Of a stretch of 64,000 bases of DNA, positions 58,758-64,000 are shown piece by piece. Each line of letters begins with the position of its first letter. Position 1 is the first letter of the stretch. The notes under the pieces are model-generated. The model searched no databases. It saw only the letters and a program-made list of their open reading frames with translations, and was not told where the DNA came from. The position numbers were made by a program, and so were the translations under genes. Source of the DNA: a virus; the IMG/VR virus record IMGVR_UViG_3300032267_000592, positions 21,667 through 85,666 of that record; one strand, given 5' to 3'.

Positions 58758-59920
58758 ATAACTTTAAACGTTTTATTTAAAGAGCATACTGTTGCTTTTT
58801 TGTTATGTATAATAACAGTTTCAACTCCAGTTGTATTCTCCGAGTAGTTTACTATTGAAAACCCATTTTGCCAATTAGCACCAGAAACATATGTTGGGTT
58901 TAAATTACAAGCACAACCATTTTCAAAGTTTGTAATTATCTTTTCTTTTCTAGTGCCAATGCTTGGTATTCTTTGACAAGAAGAACCAATTCTATGAGTA
59001 TGGTTTGTTATTGTTGAAGCGTATCTCTTTTCAAATGTTGCTCTGGCAGAATATCCACCATTCTTTCTGACAATATCACCATGAAATACAAACATTTCAT
59101 TAGGCAATTCAACCATCGATTCTTGGTTTATAGAATCGACCAACTTTATTCTGGACCAAGCATCGTTTGGATAAAAGACATTTTTATATGATAGCTTCTC
59201 TGCTATTAAATCAGATGATGCGATAGATCCAAGATTTTCACTCAAAAACCTCCACCACCTACCTTCTTGTCCATTTCCCGAATGGTTTCCGTTTGTCTCT
59301 AAGATTTCGGTTTGAAAGGGTTCAGTTACATCATGTAATAGCTTTAAAAACTTGTGAAATCCCGACACTTCTTTATCAATAGCAATGCTATGTCTAGGAT
59401 CTTTTGAATATTTACTAATCGAAAACATATCCAAAGTATCACCGTTCAATATAATTTTTTCCGGTTTAATCTCTTGTACGATTTGTAAAAAGATATTCAA
59501 AGTGTTCCAACACTCGATTCCAAAGTGAGTGTCCCCGATAACCATTGCAACCTTATTAGGAACGCTATATACGTTTGGTTTTGGAGGTGTGGGGTAGTTG
59601 ATTGGACGTATATTCATTATAAAATCGATCAACCCCTCTCGATTTGAATCATCCGTTTGTATGTTGATAAATGGAGATTTTTGATTTGAATCGTCCGTTT
59701 CTTCTTCTATCAAAAGATCAACTCGATTATCATTTTCGTCATAATCAGATACTTCTGTGATTTTTTCAATAATTACTTTGTGTCTTTTTCTCCCCGTTAC
59801 CCAATCAAACACAGTAGCTCTTGGTATTTTAGTGAGTACTGATATTTCTGATATGGTTTTACCATTTTTGTATAATGTTTTAATGTGCTGTATTTTTTGT
59901 TCTCTTGATAGATTTTTCAT
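58754..59920 (-). CDS. calcineurin-like metallophosphoesterase with N-terminal HTH
   Basis: GDTH, NGDTLD, GNH, FHG and HTHR motifs; N-terminal TISEISVLTKIPRATVFDW HTH. Confidence 0.85.
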   Translation of the reverse strand: MKNLSREQKIQHIKTLYKNGKTISEISVLTKIPRATVFDWVTGRKRHKVIIEKITEVSDYDENDNRVDLLIEEETDDSNQKSPFINIQTDDSNREGLIDFIMNIRPINYPTPPKPNVYSVPNKVAMVIGDTHFGIECWNTLNIFLQIVQEIKPEKIILNGDTLDMFSISKYSKDPRHSIAIDKEVSGFHKFLKLLHDVTEPFQTEILETNGNHSGNGQEGRWWRFLSENLGSIASSDLIAEKLSYKNVFYPNDAWSRIKLVDSINQESMVELPNEMFVFHGDIVRKNGGYSARATFEKRYASTITNHTHRIGSSCQRIPSIGTRKEKIITNFENGCACNLNPTYVSGANWQNGFSIVNYSENTTGVETVIIHNKKATVCSLNKTFKVI

Positions 59921-59932
59921 AATCTAACTTAA

Positions 59933-59961
59933 ATCATACATTTTTTTGTAGAGAATGTCAA
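59933..59961 (-). promoter_or_regulatory. sigma70-type promoter (extended -10)
   Basis: TTGACA-N17-TATGAT, ending 12 nt before ATG 59920. Confidence 0.7.
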
Positions 59962-59992
59962 CCTATTTTAGTAAATATTTTATACAACAGTT

Positions 59993-60391
59993 ATGGATTT
60001 AAATCAAAACGAAGAAAAGAAATTAGAGGATGTAATTCCAAATTTTATAAAGCACCCGACAATGTTCAGTCTTATTGTAAAAAGTATATTTGGTATCATT
60101 ATATTTTTATCTTTTGGGTATTATACACTATGGCTATCAACCAATTATGTAAAAAAAGAAACATTTGATTCGTTTATTACAAAACAAGAACAATTATTCG
60201 AAGCACGATTTCAAATAACACAAAGTAAATTGGAAACTATTTTAAATCAACAAATAATAACATCAGAACAATTTAAAAATTTAAACATAATACTAAGTTC
60301 TCAGCAAAAAAGTTTAGACTCTCTAAACGAAAGATTAACGTTCATAGAAAGAAACGTTTATAGTAAACAAAATCCACAGCCAACGAAGTGA
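59993..60391 (+). CDS. single-pass membrane protein with coiled coil
   Basis: Hydrophobic LIVKSIFGIIIFLSFGYYTLWL followed by heptads; GTAAATA upstream. Confidence 0.65.
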   Translation: MDLNQNEEKKLEDVIPNFIKHPTMFSLIVKSIFGIIIFLSFGYYTLWLSTNYVKKETFDSFITKQEQLFEARFQITQSKLETILNQQIITSEQFKNLNIILSSQQKSLDSLNERLTFIERNVYSKQNPQPTK

Positions 60392-60558
60392 AATTAAAAC
60401 CGTTTAAAATAGGTATCGTAAATTCAAACGATGTAAAAGATTTTAATTTTAATCAAATGGTTTATATTATAGATGAAATCGAAAACTCTTACATCGTAAA
60501 AGTTGAAAATAATTCAAAAACTACAAAAATAAATAAAGATAAAATAAAAGTAATATAA
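60388..60558 (+). CDS. small hypothetical protein (56 aa)
   Basis: GTG start overlapping the upstream TGA; fills the gap exactly. Confidence 0.5.
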   Translation: MKLKPFKIGIVNSNDVKDFNFNQMVYIIDEIENSYIVKVENNSKTTKINKDKIKVI

Positions 60559-60975
60559 TTACAACTTTTTATATTCTATATTGTAAAAATCAAAAATCTC
60601 AAATGCTTGAGTATCTTTTAAATAAGGTGTTCTATACACAACCTTTTTTATACCATGAGAAGCTATTAAAGTTGCACACGATGAACATGGCATCAAATTA
60701 CAAGCTAATACCACCGCTTTTCCCCTTTTTACCATTGATAATGCATTACACTCTGCATGTATCATATACTTTCTTCTTTCGTCTCGGTTTTCCCAAAAAC
60801 TGGAATCTACGTTTTTAGATGGGACTAAACCATTATAACCAACACCGATTACTCTGTTGTTTTTGTTTAAAACACAAGCGCCAACTTTTACATATGGGTC
60901 TTCTGATCTTAATGATGCTACTTCTGCAATGCGCAGAGCATATTCATCCCAAGATATTCTATCGTTTGGAATCAT
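60559..60975 (-). CDS. dCMP deaminase
   Basis: RSEDP..KVGA, GYNG, HAECNA and PCSSCA motifs. Confidence 0.93.
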   Translation of the reverse strand: MIPNDRISWDEYALRIAEVASLRSEDPYVKVGACVLNKNNRVIGVGYNGLVPSKNVDSSFWENRDERRKYMIHAECNALSMVKRGKAVVLACNLMPCSSCATLIASHGIKKVVYRTPYLKDTQAFEIFDFYNIEYKKL

Positions 60976-60986
60976 TAAAAAATCTT

Positions 60987-61301
60987 TTAATAACGAAAAT
61001 CTATACCATCTGCAACATCTTTAATATCCCCAGCAGCAACAGCTATTTTATCAGCCATCCAAGCTTGGATTGGTTTTCCATCATCAATCATATCGATAAT
61101 GCTATGTGCATATGATCTGATTGATGCTAAATTAGACATAAACATTCTTTTAACTTCATCGTCTTTAATGAAATCATCAACATTTCTCTTTGGATCATCT
61201 TCAGATGGTTCAATTTCAACAACATCAATAGAATCTTCTATTGAATTTTCTAATATTCTTTCATATTTTTCTACTAATGTTATGATGTCTGTTTTATTCA
61301 T
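60987..61301 (-). CDS. hypothetical late protein (putative head-internal)
   Basis: DIITLVEKYERILE N-terminus; AWMADKIAVA motif; GTAAATA 8 nt upstream. Confidence 0.65.
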   Translation of the reverse strand: MNKTDIITLVEKYERILENSIEDSIDVVEIEPSEDDPKRNVDDFIKDDEVKRMFMSNLASIRSYAHSIIDMIDDGKPIQAWMADKIAVAAGDIKDVADGIDFRY

Positions 61302-61334
61302 ATTTTATATATTTACTTTATTTTTAGTTAAAAA

Positions 61335-61733
61335 CTATAAAAAATCATCCCAACAAAAAATAACATTGTCAAAATTTTCCAAACGTTTTACTAAATTGTG
61401 TCGTATTAATTTTTGCCAAATATAAAATTTATTAGCTAAACCACCACCAAGTTGAGATATGTAAAATTTTTTATCTGATTTTTTTTCTATTATTTTTTTT
61501 AATTTATCTAATTCTTCAAAAAAAACTGGTGAATATTCTTCTGGTTTATAAAAAGAATTATCATCGTTATCTGGATATTTTTTAGTTATAAAACCTATGG
61601 CATGGGGGTGTAATCTTAATTTAGCCGCGCCCCCCATACCCTGTCGTGTTAAATTGTCACCAAAAACAAAATAAGCATCAGGATTATTATTTAAAAAATT
61701 TTCTGTTATTATAATGTTTTTATATGTAGCCAT
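61335..61733 (-). CDS. hypothetical protein, possible macro-like fold
   Basis: FVFGDN...GMGGAA, AIGFITK and LGGGLA Gly-rich loops. Confidence 0.55.
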   Translation of the reverse strand: MATYKNIIITENFLNNNPDAYFVFGDNLTRQGMGGAAKLRLHPHAIGFITKKYPDNDDNSFYKPEEYSPVFFEELDKLKKIIEKKSDKKFYISQLGGGLANKFYIWQKLIRHNLVKRLENFDNVIFCWDDFL

Positions 61734-61742
61734 TTAAATAAT

Positions 61743-61973
61743 CTATTCGCCAATTTCCATATACTTAATTTTAGAATTTTTTTCTTGTCTTTTTTGTTTT
61801 CTTTCTTTCTTTTGGTCATCTGAAAGAATACCCAATATGTCTTCTCTCCAAGTTCTATTTGCTTCTTTATTTGAAATTGGAGGTTGACCCTTTTCTGATT
61901 TCTTTTTTAGTGCTATTCTGATCTCTGCCATCATCGGGGATGACTTTAAAGATGGATGTGTTACTGTTATCAT
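61743..61973 (-). CDS. hypothetical basic protein
   Basis: 76-aa co-oriented ORF. Confidence 0.55.
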   Translation of the reverse strand: MITVTHPSLKSSPMMAEIRIALKKKSEKGQPPISNKEANRTWREDILGILSDDQKKERKQKRQEKNSKIKYMEIGE

Positions 61974-62003
61974 ATTTATATTTTAATGGTTGTTATTATA
62001 AAG

Positions 62004-62570
62004 TCAAGTTTTATCACCAAGCCCCCATACACCTTTAGGGGCAAAAATGTAAGAACCTTCTTGTATCTTCCACATTTTAACTGGATGTACTAAATCTTTA
62101 CCAAGTCTTTCGGATGCAAATCTAAGTATTCTTAGGTTTGGCCAAGCTTGATAACGAACTTTAATAATTTCATCTAATGCTTCTTGTGGAGTCTTTCCCT
62201 GCAAAACCCAAGCGATAATTCCTATTGCCGTAGATCTCGACACACCAGCATAACAGTTAACACCAAGATCATACACTTTATCAGACTCCACAATTGGTTG
62301 TAAAAAAGATATAATATTATTGACATGTTTTTCTTTTGGTCCTTTTTCTTCTAAATTATTCACAATAAACATATCACCATCTTCGTCGGACCAATCATAA
62401 AAATATTGCACAAAATGAGAAACACCCTTTACTGAAAAGTTTTTTTTCATCATACGAATTTTATTTTTATCTTCATCGTCAACAACAGAAATCCAAACAT
62501 TTTGTTTTTGTTCCTTGAAAGAAGAAGAAACGGCTTCGGATAAATCAGTTATAATAATACTATTAATCAT
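62004..62570 (-). CDS. tyrosine/dual-specificity phosphatase-like protein (CX5R)
   Basis: VNCYAGVSRSTA P-loop, F.D acid loop, R..AWPN. Confidence 0.85.
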   Translation of the reverse strand: MINSIIITDLSEAVSSSFKEQKQNVWISVVDDEDKNKIRMMKKNFSVKGVSHFVQYFYDWSDEDGDMFIVNNLEEKGPKEKHVNNIISFLQPIVESDKVYDLGVNCYAGVSRSTAIGIIAWVLQGKTPQEALDEIIKVRYQAWPNLRILRFASERLGKDLVHPVKMWKIQEGSYIFAPKGVWGLGDKT

Positions 62571-62772
62571 TTTTAAATTTATTTAAAAATTGTCTTAAAT
62601 CCCAAGAGTATACACCATGATCTCCATTATCTAATAGTGGACATGTTTTTCCTCGCATAAAATTATCCCAATCATTATGAAACTCAAATGGAATGCTAAT
62701 AAGGATTTCACTTTCTTTTATGCTAAAAAAATCTTTATATTTTTCCTCTAGTACATTTATCCAATTTTTCAT
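62563..62772 (-). CDS. hypothetical protein
   Basis: 69-aa ORF overlapping both neighbours. Confidence 0.6.
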   Translation of the reverse strand: MKNWINVLEEKYKDFFSIKESEILISIPFEFHNDWDNFMRGKTCPLLDNGDHGVYSWDLRQFLNKFKND

Positions 62773-63431
62773 TTTAAAAGAAACATAGCCCTTTCGGTTT
62801 TTTGTATAATGTTTTTATAAGATGCTACTAATGATTGCAATTCCTTGATATTGGAAATATATGGATTTCCATGATCTGTTAAAATTATATCTCTTCCGTT
62901 TTTATTTTTTACTATATATCCATAACCATCCATTTCCCATTCATGTCGATGAATCGGAAATGTGGAAATTATTTCTCCATATTTGTCTTCAATTTTGTTT
63001 TCTAAGTTTGAATTTAGTTTTGGTTTTTTATTAACTTTGGACGACCATTCTAAGAATTCTTTATCCATTTTATCATATTCTGAATTAACCCCCCAATCAA
63101 AAGGGTTATCATCCCAAGAACCTAGAACATTGGGATATTCGGGGTGATAATATGTAGAATCGTCTGCAATAGAACTTAAATTTACTGTGATAGTATCTAA
63201 AGGATTTTTCTCTAATTCGGAAGAATCCCAAATATGACCAGTAAAAGTTCCTAATCCGGATTCCGATAACAAAGTCATATTTGAATTATTATACATATAA
63301 TCTGGTGAATTTGGATTATTGTACGGAGGATAATTATTTAAATAACTAGAAGTGTCGCTTAATTTATTTTTAGCTTTAAGAAGATTTACTTCTTTCTCTA
63401 GTTCATCTACTCGTTGTTCAAGGTATTTCAT
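62769..63431 (-). CDS. hypothetical protein
   Basis: 220 aa; N-terminal coiled coil and low-complexity middle. Confidence 0.65.
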   Translation of the reverse strand: MKYLEQRVDELEKEVNLLKAKNKLSDTSSYLNNYPPYNNPNSPDYMYNNSNMTLLSESGLGTFTGHIWDSSELEKNPLDTITVNLSSIADDSTYYHPEYPNVLGSWDDNPFDWGVNSEYDKMDKEFLEWSSKVNKKPKLNSNLENKIEDKYGEIISTFPIHRHEWEMDGYGYIVKNKNGRDIILTDHGNPYISNIKELQSLVASYKNIIQKTERAMFLLK

Positions 63432-63570
63432 AAATGTCTCCTATATTATATCTGTTAAAATCTTTTTTGTCAACTGTAATTTCGGTTAATCCCCCATCTT
63501 CATCCTCAACATAGAATGAGTATCTTTTAAAAACCCAAAACCCCCAAGAATCTTTATGATAGATTTTCAT
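63418..63570 (-). CDS. small hypothetical protein (50 aa)
   Basis: MKIYHKDSWGFWVFKRYSFYVEDE...YNIGDIYEIP*; overlaps both neighbours; below the ORF-track cutoff. Confidence 0.55.
   Translation of the reverse strand: MKIYHKDSWGFWVFKRYSFYVEDEDGGLTEITVDKKDFNRYNIGDIYEIP
63445..63473 (-). promoter_or_regulatory. consensus sigma70 promoter embedded in a small ORF
   Basis: Perfect TTGACA-N17-TATAAT, ending 13 nt before ATG 63431. Confidence 0.65.
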
Positions 63571-63835
63571 TCTTAATAAATTTGTCTAAAACATTAGCAA
63601 ATACTTCATTAATAGAAATATCCTTATCACAAGATTCTCGAATTAAAAACTCAAGAATTTCTCTACTAAATTCCGATATCTCTAAATCAATAGTATCAAA
63701 TTTTTCAAGTAAAATTCCTCCATCAGTCTCTTTAATAGAGAACTTATCTCCTTGTTTAATGTTAAGTTGAGCTAGTTCATCTTCTGTGAATTTAACACAG
63801 ACATCTCCTGTTGGTTCTATTGTTTTTTTAATCAT
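63554..63835 (-). CDS. AbrB/MazE-like DNA-binding domain protein
   Basis: GDVCVKFTEDELAQLNIKQGDKFSIKETDGGILLEK swapped-hairpin pattern. Confidence 0.6.
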   Translation of the reverse strand: MIKKTIEPTGDVCVKFTEDELAQLNIKQGDKFSIKETDGGILLEKFDTIDLEISEFSREILEFLIRESCDKDISINEVFANVLDKFIKNENLS

Positions 63836-64000
63836 ATTAGTTTTTTTAATAAATCTTTTTCGTTACAAATAAAGTTGCAATCATCCCAATCTCTAGATTG
63901 AACGCTGTTTTCGTATTTGTCGTCCAAAATTGTATACATAGTCTTCAATGCCTTTTTAGAATCGTTGCTTAATTTAGATTTTAATAAAAACAAAATATCC
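63832..64000 (-). CDS. hypothetical protein (5'-partial)
   Basis: Frame open to the window edge (…DILFLLKSKL…DLLKKLI*); its TGA overlaps the next ATG. Confidence 0.5.
   Translation of the reverse strand, partial: DILFLLKSKLSNDSKKALKTMYTILDDKYENSVQSRDWDDCNFICNEKDLLKKLI

Noticed and set aside
59993-60391. Holin or spanin call
   Set aside because: A transmembrane helix plus coiled coil is compatible, but there is no adjacent endolysin or lipoprotein partner.
63554-63835. MazE-MazF toxin-antitoxin pair
   Set aside because: No recognisable toxin lies next to the AbrB-like gene.
1-64000. Alternative genetic code (stop recoding)
   Set aside because: Core genes are full length in the standard code, and TAA, TAG (4870, 15480, 18115) and TGA all end genes at sensible boundaries.

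Overview
This AT-rich 64-kb window is part of a large T4-like myophage genome read with the standard genetic code. All calls come from motif recognition and gene context; no database searches were run. From left to right: (1) 1-9.2 kb, a 12-gene glycan synthesis and modification cluster; (2) 9.3-22.9 kb, a T4-type replication and recombination block (gp46, a GT-B glycosyltransferase, gp43 PolB, UvsX, gp41, a DHH protein, gp32, gp45); (3) 23.9-43.7 kb, a mostly minus-strand tail and baseplate block that also holds the large terminase; (4) 43.8-64 kb, small late genes sharing an N-terminal motif, PhoH, a neck protein, a nuclease plus AAA ATPase, ribonucleotide reductase with two HNH genes, phosphoesterases and dCMP deaminase. 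The most notable observations are: a recoded 132-nt duplicate of the nrdA 3' end flanking a homing endonuclease; a gp5 OB fold interrupted by two different peptidoglycan hydrolases and encoded apart from the spike; sigma70-type and T4-late-type promoters placed so that many transcripts would be leaderless; apparent CCWGG avoidance; a class Id-like RNR beta subunit; and a family of putative capsid-internal proteins. I found no tRNA, rRNA, CRISPR array, intron or intein by eye.
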